Virus record (IMG/VR): IMGVR_UViG_2706795104_000001
Location: 32,001 to 96,000 of that record
Reading direction: 5' to 3' (one strand)
Length of the DNA: 64,000 nt
Origin: an uncultured virus (IMG/VR IMGVR_UViG_2706795104_000001)
Taxonomy: Duplodnaviria; Heunggongvirae; Uroviricota; Caudoviricetes; Herelleviridae
Each line of letters begins with the position of its first letter. Position 1 is the stretch's first letter. The notes beneath the pieces are model-generated. The model had not been told where the DNA came from. It ran no database searches and worked only from the letters and a program-made list of their open reading frames with translations. The position numbers and the translations under genes are program-made. Shown here piece after piece: positions 38,561 through 49,181 of this stretch.

Positions 38561-39586
38561 ATGTCATTTCTAAAACATCTACATCCAGGGTGGAAAATCG
38601 GTTTACAAGATAAGACAAAAGTGAATGCGGCCATCCTAGATGCAATTGACCAAGAACTGAAAGTAGCGGAATCGGATATGATTGCTAGTAAGTTCGATTT
38701 ATCTTTAGAAAGTGCAACAGGTCAATGGTTAGATGAATACGGAGATGTATTTGGAGTAGTACGACAGGACAACGAGAACGATACGGCTTACAGAGCACGA
38801 ATCATTCAATACATCTTGTTAGACCGAGGTACTATTCCTGCTATTAAAAAAGCAATCCTAGCATTCCTAGGAGACCCAAATACATACGTAAACATCTATG
38901 AGCCATTCAATAATATCTTCTTCTTAAACAAGTCTAAGCTAAACAGTAAGGACTGTCTACTAGGAGAGTATTACACAAACGCAGTTATTGATATCTTCTT
39001 CGCAAACAACTTCCCTGTAGCCGTTATTGACATCGTTAAGAAGTTTAAGCCAGCAGGGGTATCAGTATTTTTAACAAGACAACCAAAAGCATATAATCCT
39101 GCGGTCCAACCGTTTAAAGTGAAACAAGGGACTGACCCTGTAGCAGAAGCAATGAAGATGCAAGCTAATAGGGACAGCACATACTTGTCAATTGGGGAAT
39201 CTGCTATAATAGGTTATAAGAGGATTCACAAGATTATGTTAGCAAGACCTCTAAAAGATACAGAGAATGTTAACAACCCTCCATACCCAGTAGTAATGTA
39301 TGGAAATAAACCATTCGTACTTGTTCCTAGAGACAACGCAGTAGCCGAAGGTGCGAAGTGGTTATACATAAATGTAGCAGTCGAGGACACGGACTTTGTG
39401 AATCAGTCCTACTCTAAAACAGGAGTCTACTTTAATCTTGTTCCTAAGGTAAGTAAAAAAGATACACTGTTACCTAGTGAAGTGACGAGTGCAGGTACAT
39501 TACTAGTTTCCGAGACAAAGGATTCACAAGGTCGTAAGCTAGGACTAAAAATGGACGAACAATTCATGATTGAATTTACAGTATAA
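38561..39586 (+). CDS. Baseplate wedge protein (P2 gpI-like)
   Basis: ATGQWLDEYGDVFGVVR...END..YRARII; FKPAGV. Confidence 0.85.
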   Translation: MSFLKHLHPGWKIGLQDKTKVNAAILDAIDQELKVAESDMIASKFDLSLESATGQWLDEYGDVFGVVRQDNENDTAYRARIIQYILLDRGTIPAIKKAILAFLGDPNTYVNIYEPFNNIFFLNKSKLNSKDCLLGEYYTNAVIDIFFANNFPVAVIDIVKKFKPAGVSVFLTRQPKAYNPAVQPFKVKQGTDPVAEAMKMQANRDSTYLSIGESAIIGYKRIHKIMLARPLKDTENVNNPPYPVVMYGNKPFVLVPRDNAVAEGAKWLYINVAVEDTDFVNQSYSKTGVYFNLVPKVSKKDTLLPSEVTSAGTLLVSETKDSQGRKLGLKMDEQFMIEFTV

Positions 39587-39600
39587 AGGAGTGAAACGTT

Positions 39601-42600
39601 TTGGCAGATATCATTGATTTAAGCGGTAAACCGTATTATGACCGATTCGATTCTAAGAAAGGTCGCTCTAAGGTTCTATTCCGTTCCGACAGACCATTAC
39701 AACAAGCAGAACTAAATGAGATACAATCTATCGCAGAAGATAACTTAAAACGACTTGGGGATCGCGTATTCTCTGATGGAAACATTCAGACAGGTATGGC
39801 ATTCACATTCGACAACATGGAAACAAAAACGAAGATTACGGTAGAGGATGGATTGCTTTACTTAGCAGGAAAGATTCTACCATTTAAGAAACAAACCATT
39901 CCATTCACAGGTAAAGGTAGAGAAGTGATTGGTGTGAAAGTCGTACAAAGAGTTGTTACATCAAATGATGACCCTACTCTATTAGACCAAACACAAAACG
40001 CTCCTAGCTATCTATCACCAGGTGGAGACCGATTAGAAGAACAGGTTGTATTAACATATAACGATGATAGTACAACCATGATTTACCGTTTTGACGATGG
40101 TAAGTTATTCATCGAACCGAACCGTCCCGAGTTCTCAGGTATCATCGAAATGATTGCTCAACGTGACAAAGAGACTTTAGGTTCGTACCAAGCCGAAGGA
40201 TTTAATATGTGGGCAGAGAAAGGTAGAACTCCTGACACAATTGATGCCGTAGTTGATGCAGGTATTGCTTACGTAAACGGATACCGTATTCATAAACCTA
40301 CTGCAACTCGTATAGCAGTTAAGAAGTCTTCAGATTTCCGTTCTATCGTACAAGAAGCAAGTACATATAAAGCATCTACAAGTAAGGTTAACGTAGGTAG
40401 CATCTTCGTAAAACAAATTAAGAATGTAGTAGGACGTACTTTAAGCCCTGCTGGTGGCGTTCAAATCTCAAAGGGTACGGTAGACGGTCGAGACGCTTTA
40501 CCTGCCCAATACACGAACGTAGACGCTTCTACGGTGCAAGTATATGTAGGAGCTAAAGTATACAAACAAGGGACAGACTACACTATCGTACAAGACAGTG
40601 GTATCCAGTACGTAGATTGGAAAGGTACACTTAACGGTGAAGAACCTACACCAGGTACAACTTACTTCTTAACATTTGAGTATGACCGAGTAATGAAGTT
40701 AGGTACGGATTACAAAGTAGTTACAACACCATTAGGTGATACAACGCCTGGGGCAACCACTGTAATCGACTTTAACGTTGCAGGTGGAGTGAAACCGAAA
40801 GATGGTGGAACGATCCGTGTAGACTACGACTACTACCTATCACGAGAAGACATCATCACATTAGACGTTACAGGTAACTTCACAGTAATTGAGGGGCAGC
40901 CTGACCGTGAAGGTTTAACAAAGCAACCCGAAAACCGTGACCCGTTAACACTGAAAATCGGTAACGTTCACGTATACCCATTCTCTGACTTCGCAGAAGC
41001 TAAGAACACTGCCGTTATGCGTCTCCGTATGGAAGACCTACAACGTATGAAGACTCGTCTAGAGAACGTTGAGTATAACCAAGCTATGTTAATCCTTGAG
41101 AAGCAAGCTACGAAAACAGAAGACCCGTTAACACTACGTGGTGTATTCGCAGACCCATTTACAGACTTCACTAAAATGGATGCAGCTATCTCGTCAGTAG
41201 CTTTCTCATTCGATGACGCTACTATTACGATCCCAACAAAAACTCCTGATGACCAAAAGGTTAGACCGAAGTTCATGGAGAACGAGTCAGTAGCAAACTC
41301 TTGGGGCCGCTTAGTAACTGCACCGTTCACAGAGATTAAAGAGATTAGCCAACCCCTAGCTACAGAAGCTTGGAACGTTAACCCGTACATGGTATATAAC
41401 AAGCAAGGTGTACTAAAGTTAACTCCTGAAACAGATAACTGGATTGATGAGAAACGTGTAACATTATACGAAGAAGACCACATCACAACAAGCTTAAACC
41501 GTTGGTGGATGCACCAAGGAGAAGGAGACCCAGCAGGTAAGGTTAGTGACTGGAATAAAGAGTTAATCGACAAGACACAACTTGAGGGTGGAATCCAGTG
41601 GAATGAATCTTCTATCGGTTGGAGAGAGAAACAAGAAGGATCGTTTTGGTCTTCTGCTCAAACAACTCGTAATGAAGTAATTGAATACATGCGCCAAATT
41701 GAAGTAGCATTCCAAGCAACGAACTTGAAACCGAATGAGAATAACTTATTTATGACATTCGATGGATAATAGAGTCGCAGTTAAACCAACAGGTGCAACA
41801 CAACCAGGTAGTGACGCAGGTACAGTACGTTCTAACGCACAAGGAGAAGCTTCAGGTACATTCATGATCCCTACAGGTGTAAGAACAGGAACACGAGAAG
41901 CTACGTTACAGAATGCGAATAACCAAGCTACAACAACATTCACGGCTCAAGGTTCTGCAAAGATTACGACAGATACAATCACACGTACTCGTGTAACATT
42001 CAACCTATACGATCCACTTGCACAATCGTTCGCATTTCCACAAGCCCGAGTAATTACGAGTGTTGGAGTTTACTTCGGTTCTAAGTCTACTAAAGATAAT
42101 ATCATCATGCAAGTGCGTGGATTATCTGAAGGTGGTTTACCAAACCGTACGATTTACGCAGAGCGTGTACTAACTCCTGACAAGGTTATCGTTTCTGACG
42201 ATGCTTCTAAAGAAACTCGTATTGCTCTTGATGATCCGTTAATGGTTAAGCCAGGAGAGAACTACTGTATCGTGTTCATTACGGACAGTGCCGATTACAC
42301 AATGTGGTGCGCTACAATGGGACAAAAGACATTAGGTTCTAATCCACAAACTGTAATCTCTAACCCGTTCGTAAACGGTGTGTTATTCAGTTCTTCAAAC
42401 GCAGTATCTTGGACAGTACACCAAGAGACAGATATGAAGTTCAATATCTACACTGCTCAGTTCGAAGAGGAAGGTATCATCGAATTTGATACAATGAAGA
42501 ATATTGATTCTAATGGTATCCTGTTAATGGCTTCTTACTTAACACCTGATAACACAGGTTGTGTATGGGAAGTTAAAATAGTAAATGCTTCAGATGTCGG

Positions 42601-43096
42601 AACTGTATCTATTGATAGTGTACCGTGGATGCCACTGGTAAACTATGCAGGAATTGAAACACCGTTCGTAGTTGGTTTAGCTAAGTTACGTGCGAAGTTT
42701 AAGTCTAACCGATATATCTCTCCAATGCTTGTACTTGATGATTTACTATTCGTAAACTTCGTTAGTGCAACAAAAGGTGAGTATGTCTCTAAGACAGTTG
42801 ACCAATCGGCAGCTCCGTTCAACCAAGTTACACTTGCATACGACTCAGCAGCACCAGCAGGAACTCGTGTTAAACCTTACTACTCGTTAGACCAAGGTGC
42901 AACATGGAAAGAGTTTACGAAAGCACCAACTACTACGAAGAGATCAGCAGAGTTCACTCGTTTCACATTCGTAGAGAAAGTTGCAAGTTCTGCAAGAGAG
43001 ATTTCGATTAAGTATAAACTGGTACTTGAAGGGGATAACCGATTCCTACGTCCAAGGGTTAGACAGTTAACTGGTATGACTACGGACGCAATCTAA
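39601..43096 (+). CDS. Large baseplate/adsorption protein (DUF4815-like); extra base at ~41766
   Basis: PYYDRFD, RPLQQAELNE, DPLAQSF; two ORFs join as MTFDGNRVAV when one base is removed. Confidence 0.85.
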
Positions 43097-43108
43097 GGAG
43101 GGAAACAC

Positions 43109-43300
43109 ATGCCAACAGAACATCGTTGTCCAAACTCAGGGGCGTTAATATTCGTCCCTACTTCCTCTGAAAAATCTACGATTCAAATTGCTAGAGAATT
43201 TAAATCTAGTAAAGAGGAACTTGATAAGAAACTTGAAGATGTGGATAAGTTGAAAGAGGAATTGATGACCTTAATAGCTAAGGCTAAAGAGGAAAAATAA
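43109..43300 (+). CDS. Small hypothetical protein at the end of the structural module
   Basis: SD GGAGGG; RCPNSGALIF. Confidence 0.8.
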   Translation: MPTEHRCPNSGALIFVPTSSEKSTIQIAREFKSSKEELDKKLEDVDKLKEELMTLIAKAKEEK

Positions 43301-43303
43301 GCA

Positions 43304-43336
43304 TAAAAAAGAAGAGGTGTTGATAGCACCTCTTTT
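43304..43336. terminator. Bidirectional intrinsic terminator
   Basis: AAGAGGTGT-TGATA-GCACCTCTT with an A run on the left and Ts on the right. Confidence 0.8.
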
Positions 43337-43420
43337 AAATTTGTCCTTATTAATATGTGAGTCCGTATTTGGGAAATGGAAGATAAGGACGGTTCTAGTG
43401 TGAATTGTGGATGCAATCAC
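43304..43420 (-). ncRNA. Putative ~115-nt minus-strand small RNA
   Basis: Minus-strand SigA-type promoter at 43427-43456, internal stem GTCCTTAT/ATAAGGAC, minus-strand terminator. Confidence 0.55.
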
Positions 43421-43426
43421 AAACAA

Positions 43427-43456
43427 AGTATACTTGAACAATGTGAAACTTGTCAA
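43427..43456 (-). promoter_or_regulatory. SigA-type promoter, minus strand
   Basis: TTGACA-18bp-TATACT. Confidence 0.65.
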
Positions 43457-43474
43457 CACTTTTATAAATAATTA

Positions 43475-43717
43475 TTTTTGACATATTTAAAACCCTTATA
43501 AATAAAGGATTCTTGACTAAATAGTACACTTTTTTGTCCTATTTAATTTTTAACATGGTACGTATATTATTATTTAAATATACTTAATTAATACTAATAT
43601 TTAATATAAATAATAATTAATTATAAATACAAGCTAGTTATAATTTTAATATGACTAACTTCAAATAGAAAAGTACGATAATCCCTTATGTATCAACGGT
43701 TTAAAATATGACAGAAA
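43475..43717. other. Candidate replication origin
   Basis: Very AT-rich core flanked by ~37-bp imperfect inverted repeats (43475-43511 and 43680-43717), directly upstream of the helicase module. Confidence 0.55.
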
Positions 43718-43741
43718 TTTAAAATTAGATGGTACATTCAA

Positions 43742-43770
43742 TTGCTCACACTGTAGTCTTATGGTAAAAT
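43742..43770 (+). promoter_or_regulatory. SigA-type promoter
   Basis: TTGCTC-17bp-TAAAAT with extended TG. Confidence 0.6.
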
Positions 43771-43809
43771 AGAGACATGGATATAAAGTAAATATCAAGG
43801 AGGAATATT

Positions 43810-44082
43810 ATGGATTTAACAGGTGGCGTTCATACATACATATTGTTTGGTGACGAAATGAATAAACGTTTCAATTCAGGTGATGCTCCATTAGGACGTA
43901 AAGTAAAATACCTTAACAGAGGTGGATGGGACGGAGATAGAGAACATGCCAACCGTTACTTCAAAGAGAGAGATATTTTAACAGTTAAAGAGATTTACGT
44001 TGGGCGTTCAAGTTCCGATGTAGAGTTTGTGGAACATCCATACAAGAAATTTAACACAGTAATGTTCGAGGATATCAAATAG
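43810..44082 (+). CDS. Hypothetical protein
   Basis: SD AGGAGG; 90 aa. Confidence 0.8.
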   Translation: MDLTGGVHTYILFGDEMNKRFNSGDAPLGRKVKYLNRGGWDGDREHANRYFKERDILTVKEIYVGRSSSDVEFVEHPYKKFNTVMFEDIK

Positions 44083-44103
44083 CGAAAGGATGTAATTGAA
44101 TAC

Positions 44104-45876
44104 ATGAAAGTTACAGTAGACATTATGTACACGAGTGTAGACTTTCAAGGTGATACGCTCTTACAAGAAAAGGTTCATGACATGATGCACTTAGCAATGG
44201 GAATCAAAGAAGAAGGTGCATTCCACTCACGAGCATACAAGTCAGGTCACTGGGATGGAATTACTGACTTCTACGACAAGAAAGAGGACAAGTTCCATAC
44301 AGGACTACTACCTCAATTCCTAGAAGGTATGCGTGCCCTGAAGAACCAGTACGCTAACCTTTCATACGAGATTGAAGATATCCGCCCTCCTCAATTGATG
44401 CACCATGACAGTATGGACGAAAAAATTGTACTGGGCAATGGTGACAAAGACCCAATTACTCTACGTGATTATCAATACAATGCAGTAAAGAAAGCATTAG
44501 AGTCCCAAGTACAAATTCTGAATCTTGCGACAAACGCAGGTAAAACGGAATGTGCTTCAGGGATCATGCAACAACTTCTACCCCACATTAAACGAGGAGA
44601 ACGTATTGCATTCTTCTGTAACTCACGAGAAATCTTCCACCAAGGGGCTGAACGTGTAAGTAAACGTTTGAACTTGAAGGAGAGAGATATCGGTAAAATC
44701 GGTGACGGTAAGTTCGACATCAAGAATAAGAAAGTTGTATTCGTGATGGTACCGACATTAGCTAGTGCATTGAAAGACCCGAAAAAAGGATTAAGCTTCA
44801 CACCGAAGGAACGGGTTATCAAGTTCATTGCAGAAGAGATTGTTCCTAAGTTCAAGGGTACAACGAATACAAGGCATCTAATGCGTAACTACATCAAGAA
44901 CTGTAAACTCGATACACGAGTATGGAAAGATGCGGAAGAACAGTTAATGTACATCGCATACGATAACAAGTTCACTGATAAGTCTGCCCAAATGCAGTTG
45001 AATAAATACATAGTCGAGTTCGACAAAATCATGCAAAAGAAAAACAAGAAGAAGTATACGAAGTTTAAAGAGGTTTCAGAGTTCATGGATTCCGTTCGAG
45101 TAGCGATCCAAGACGAAGCGCACGAGATTAATGGTGCCACTATATTCGACACTATATCTCGATTACCTCATGCACAATACCGTATCGCACTAACAGGTAC
45201 AGTTGACCAAAAGAATAAAATGCTATGGCAACGTATGCAATGTATCTACGGAAATGACTTGTTCAAGGTATCGAATGACTACTTAATCGAGCAAGGTGTA
45301 TCATCTAGACCAGTCATCCGTTTGTTCCCAATCAAGGAGCCGAAGAATATTGATTTAGCCGATACATACTTAGAAGCGTACAAGCTAGGTATTGCTGAGA
45401 ACGATTACCGTAATACAGTCATTGCAAGATGTGCTAGTTGGTACCTGAATAATAAACCAGGTGGAGTATTAATCTCTGTAAACCACATTGAGCACGGATT
45501 AAGAATACAACAGATTCTGAAAGAGCAGTTCGAAGTGGAGAGTGATTTCACAAACGGCAGCTTACATATGGATGACCGAAATGAATACTTACGTAGATTC
45601 AGTACAGGTGAATCACGAGTACTTATTGCTTCCAGTATTCTTGACCAAGGGGTAGATATCCAGTCTATCGGAATGCTCCTCATGTCAGGTGGAGGTAAAA
45701 GCTTACGTGTCAACTTACAACGGATCGGACGTGGATTGCGACTAAATGGTATAGACGGTAATACAGTCCAAGTGTTCGATTTCTTTGATATGACACACAA
45801 GTACCTGTTAGACCATAGCAAGGAACGACTAAAGATTTACAAAAACGAGAACTTTGATGTCCGAGTAATGGAATAG
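44104..45876 (+). CDS. SF2 DNA helicase
   Basis: LRDYQ, ATNAGKT, DEAH, LTGT, QGVDI, QRIGRGLR. Confidence 0.93.
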   Translation: MKVTVDIMYTSVDFQGDTLLQEKVHDMMHLAMGIKEEGAFHSRAYKSGHWDGITDFYDKKEDKFHTGLLPQFLEGMRALKNQYANLSYEIEDIRPPQLMHHDSMDEKIVLGNGDKDPITLRDYQYNAVKKALESQVQILNLATNAGKTECASGIMQQLLPHIKRGERIAFFCNSREIFHQGAERVSKRLNLKERDIGKIGDGKFDIKNKKVVFVMVPTLASALKDPKKGLSFTPKERVIKFIAEEIVPKFKGTTNTRHLMRNYIKNCKLDTRVWKDAEEQLMYIAYDNKFTDKSAQMQLNKYIVEFDKIMQKKNKKKYTKFKEVSEFMDSVRVAIQDEAHEINGATIFDTISRLPHAQYRIALTGTVDQKNKMLWQRMQCIYGNDLFKVSNDYLIEQGVSSRPVIRLFPIKEPKNIDLADTYLEAYKLGIAENDYRNTVIARCASWYLNNKPGGVLISVNHIEHGLRIQQILKEQFEVESDFTNGSLHMDDRNEYLRRFSTGESRVLIASSILDQGVDIQSIGMLLMSGGGKSLRVNLQRIGRGLRLNGIDGNTVQVFDFFDMTHKYLLDHSKERLKIYKNENFDVRVME

Positions 45877-45957
45877 AATTTAGATATTGCATTCGTTATA
45901 GTATGTGTTATACTGTAGTTACAAAGCAACAAAGGATTAAACCAAGGAGGAGAACCA

Positions 45958-47628
45958 ATGGAGTGCGGAGTGTACTTAGAATCGTCAGTAGTAGGTATCA
46001 AGCCTAAAGTATTGGATTTTTTAACAAAGTTAGTAGAGAAAGCGAAACAAGCAAGTGAGTACGCTATCTCATTCACAAAGAGAGAGTTGTCTAACGATAT
46101 GGGACAAGATATACGTACCACACATCGTTACTTGCAAGAATTAGAGAATAAAAGAATCATCGAGTTAAAAGCGAAGAGAGGTCGTGGGGGTGGAACAGTA
46201 ATCATGTTCAACCCTGACCTTATTCGTTTTGAAACATCGGATAAAGCACTCATCAATTCAGAGGAGCGTGTAACCATTGAAGATGTTTTAGAAGAGAAGC
46301 TGCCGAAGAAGCAGAAGGAACCAAAAGAAAACAAACGTAACCGTAGAACGAAACAACAGTTATTTGAAGCACAGCTTCTACGTTCCGAGCAACAAAAGAA
46401 ATTAGACGAGTTAAACGATGAGTTAGACAATTGTGGAAATCATCCGAACTGGGAGTGGTTCCAAAAAACAGAAAACCCAGTAGGTGATTACCGTACATAC
46501 TTAATCACTCGTTTATACAACCGTTATGCAGTTCTATTCACAGATAAGAACAACTTCAATGTCGCAAACGGTTTAGAAGAGGGGAACCCAGTTCCTACAG
46601 TAAGCAGTGGGTATGACGTATTACCTGAACGATTCTACGGATCGTCACGTTGGCAACAATTTGCAAAGTTCCGTGAGTTCTGCGAAGAAAACAACATCGA
46701 CCCTGCTGTATATTTATCTGCACAGTTCAACCGTTCTATCTTCGATAGTTCCCGTAGAGGTAACAAAAAGATGCTTCCATTCACGAACGCATTGATGAGT
46801 GATACGTCTTACGATGTATACAATCAATACTGCTCATACCAAAAATCATACAGTGGCGCATACACAGTGTACCAAGAGTACAAAGCGAAGTTCATGAATG
46901 ACTTCGTAGTTGTAGCTATTCGTGACGCCTACGAGACTGCTGAAAAAGGCACAGGGTTACTGCAATACGCAACAACGATTAAAGAGTTTTTACGTGGTGA
47001 GTTCGCTAGTGATAGAGCAGACGCATTAATTGATTTCTACGATATGACTAGTGAGAACCTTGTAAACCAAAAAGTGTCATTTAAAACTCGTAACACGATT
47101 AAGAAGTTCCTTGTGTTACAGTCATTGATGCAACTTGAAGGAGAGCAAGTATTACCTCGTTACGTGATTCTTGGTTCTGAAATGGCACAAATTGCGTTAG
47201 CTTCTGTTAACGATCCATCTAAGAGCAGAGAACAAGTTCGTGAAATTAGGGAGTTCATCTTAGGTGCGCTTGTAATGCCAAATGAAAAGAAAGAAGTACA
47301 GAAGCAAGTAGGTGGACAATTGTATTACGAAATGGTTGCCCTTCACGAAACTCGAAACGTACTACAATTGATTGCGGAACGAAAAGGTTTAGCGTTAACT
47401 TTAGCAGACCTTCAAGAAGCATTCAGTGAGTACGGAAAAGAGAAAGTTCCTGTAGACGAGTTCTCTATGCTAGACATTACACAAATTGTCGAGTTCATTA
47501 ATAGAGAACAATCATATCAAGATGTAGTAGACCACAAAGCTATTACAGACAACAAAGACTGGGAACTAGTAGGTAGTGTACAACCGAAAGCAGACATGGA
47601 CAAGTTGATTACTAACTTCTTCGGATAA
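45958..47628 (+). CDS. Winged-HTH DNA-binding protein, putative replication initiator or regulator
   Basis: N-terminal KRELSNDMGQDIRTTHRYLQELENKRII...KRGRGGG; lies between the two helicases. Confidence 0.75.
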   Translation: MECGVYLESSVVGIKPKVLDFLTKLVEKAKQASEYAISFTKRELSNDMGQDIRTTHRYLQELENKRIIELKAKRGRGGGTVIMFNPDLIRFETSDKALINSEERVTIEDVLEEKLPKKQKEPKENKRNRRTKQQLFEAQLLRSEQQKKLDELNDELDNCGNHPNWEWFQKTENPVGDYRTYLITRLYNRYAVLFTDKNNFNVANGLEEGNPVPTVSSGYDVLPERFYGSSRWQQFAKFREFCEENNIDPAVYLSAQFNRSIFDSSRRGNKKMLPFTNALMSDTSYDVYNQYCSYQKSYSGAYTVYQEYKAKFMNDFVVVAIRDAYETAEKGTGLLQYATTIKEFLRGEFASDRADALIDFYDMTSENLVNQKVSFKTRNTIKKFLVLQSLMQLEGEQVLPRYVILGSEMAQIALASVNDPSKSREQVREIREFILGALVMPNEKKEVQKQVGGQLYYEMVALHETRNVLQLIAERKGLALTLADLQEAFSEYGKEKVPVDEFSMLDITQIVEFINREQSYQDVVDHKAITDNKDWELVGSVQPKADMDKLITNFFG

Positions 47629-47649
47629 TACGGAGAAGTTATAGTACTG

Positions 47650-47678
47650 TTTACAAAGTAGGACAATCATGATATAAT
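47650..47678 (+). promoter_or_regulatory. SigA-type promoter
   Basis: TTTACA-17bp-TATAAT with extended TG. Confidence 0.75.
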
Positions 47679-47711
47679 GCAACACAGACGCAAGTACAAG
47701 GAGGAGAAACA

Positions 47712-49175
47712 ATGGAATCACCAATTATGACCCAAATATTACGAAAGGCAATCGAGAACCCAATCTTCGCAAAAGAGGTTCTTGCAGTGGCTCCCTTGAC
47801 AGTGTTCGAGGGTTCACCTGCTTATACCGAGTTAGCAGGTATTGTAAAACGGTATTACCAAACGAACAACAAGCCTTTAACAGAAGATGCATTCCTTACA
47901 TTGACGGAAGATAAACTGGACCGCATGAAAAAGGATGCACTGACACAACAAGATTACTTCGGTAAGATTCATTATCTGTACGAGGTACGCAACAGTGGGG
48001 ACAACGATGTTATAGACGAGAAGATTGAAGAGTACATAAGACAAAAGATGTCGATTGACCTTCTAACCAAGGCCGCAACGAACTTAAAGAATAAAGAGTT
48101 TCTAGAGAAGTTACCTGATGAATTTAAAAAGATTCTTATGTTAAACATTTCAGGTAAACGTAATGAAATTATCAACGTATTAGATGACGCAGAATACAAG
48201 CGCACATCTTTAAGTACGTTATTCCAAAACATGATTCCAACTGGATTTAAAGAGATTGACCATCTAAACGGTGGTGGATTAGCAAAAGGTGAGTTGGGAT
48301 TAATTGTAGCAGCTTCAGGTACAGGTAAAACATTAGTACTTACCAACCTAGCTACTAACTATACGAAGAATGGTTACAACGTACTATTCATTGCATTAGA
48401 GGAACTTGAGAACCGTATGATTCTGAAGTTCGAGCAATCGTTACTACGACAAAACAAGAGTACAATTCTTACAGGATCGGTACTGAACCAAGAGCAGTTC
48501 GATAAGAGACAAGCTTTCATTAAACAACACCGACAACATTTCGGTAACTTGTTCTTTGCTCGTTACTCTCCACAAGCAGTTACTCCTGCTAAGATTGAAC
48601 AATTGATTTCGGATTTAATGATCCGTGAAGGTATCCAAGTAGACGCAGTTGTAGTCGATTACCCTGAGTTACTTCGTAACCCACGTTCTACTGGTAATGA
48701 AGCAGAAGATGGTGGACGACTATTCGAAGAAATGAGACGTATTGCCCAAGACTATAACGTGGTAATGTGGACTGCCGCACAGATGAACCGTACGGCTTAC
48801 TCTGCTTTAGTTCGTACTGCCGAGCACATGGAAGGTTCTCACCGTAAGAAGAATGCGGCCGAGCTAGTATTAACAGTTAACCAAACCCCTGAAGAGTACC
48901 AAGCAGGATTCATTCGTTTATATGCGGATAAAGTACGTAACCCACCTGAAGGACAGTACAATAGAATGCTAGGTTTCAAGGTTGTAGGTAGTGCCCAAAC
49001 TGTACGAGACTTTGAGAGCGAACAAGAACGTAAGGAGCACCAGTACGTATTGGAAGCTGCCGATGAAGCACGAGACGCTATGTTCAAGTCAAAACGTAGA
49101 GACAGTAAGGACAATACACCTAAGATTGACTATGCAGGGGAAATCAACCAATCCTTACAGAATATGAGGGGGTAA
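47712..49175 (+). CDS. DnaB-like replicative helicase
   Basis: PTGFKEID, AASGTGKT, ALEE, VVDYPE, WTAAQMNR. Confidence 0.92.
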   Translation: MESPIMTQILRKAIENPIFAKEVLAVAPLTVFEGSPAYTELAGIVKRYYQTNNKPLTEDAFLTLTEDKLDRMKKDALTQQDYFGKIHYLYEVRNSGDNDVIDEKIEEYIRQKMSIDLLTKAATNLKNKEFLEKLPDEFKKILMLNISGKRNEIINVLDDAEYKRTSLSTLFQNMIPTGFKEIDHLNGGGLAKGELGLIVAASGTGKTLVLTNLATNYTKNGYNVLFIALEELENRMILKFEQSLLRQNKSTILTGSVLNQEQFDKRQAFIKQHRQHFGNLFFARYSPQAVTPAKIEQLISDLMIREGIQVDAVVVDYPELLRNPRSTGNEAEDGGRLFEEMRRIAQDYNVVMWTAAQMNRTAYSALVRTAEHMEGSHRKKNAAELVLTVNQTPEEYQAGFIRLYADKVRNPPEGQYNRMLGFKVVGSAQTVRDFESEQERKEHQYVLEAADEARDAMFKSKRRDSKDNTPKIDYAGEINQSLQNMRG

Positions 49176-49181
49176 CATGTA

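Noticed and set aside
28290-41770. Programmed -1 frameshifts in fibre and baseplate genes
   Set aside because: No slippery heptamers; the same one-base-insertion pattern occurs in unrelated genes, so sequencing error is more parsimonious.
43183-43459. Minus-strand ORFs 43183-43416 and 43271-43459
   Set aside because: No SD, and both run through a strong minus-strand terminator. A non-coding RNA fits better.
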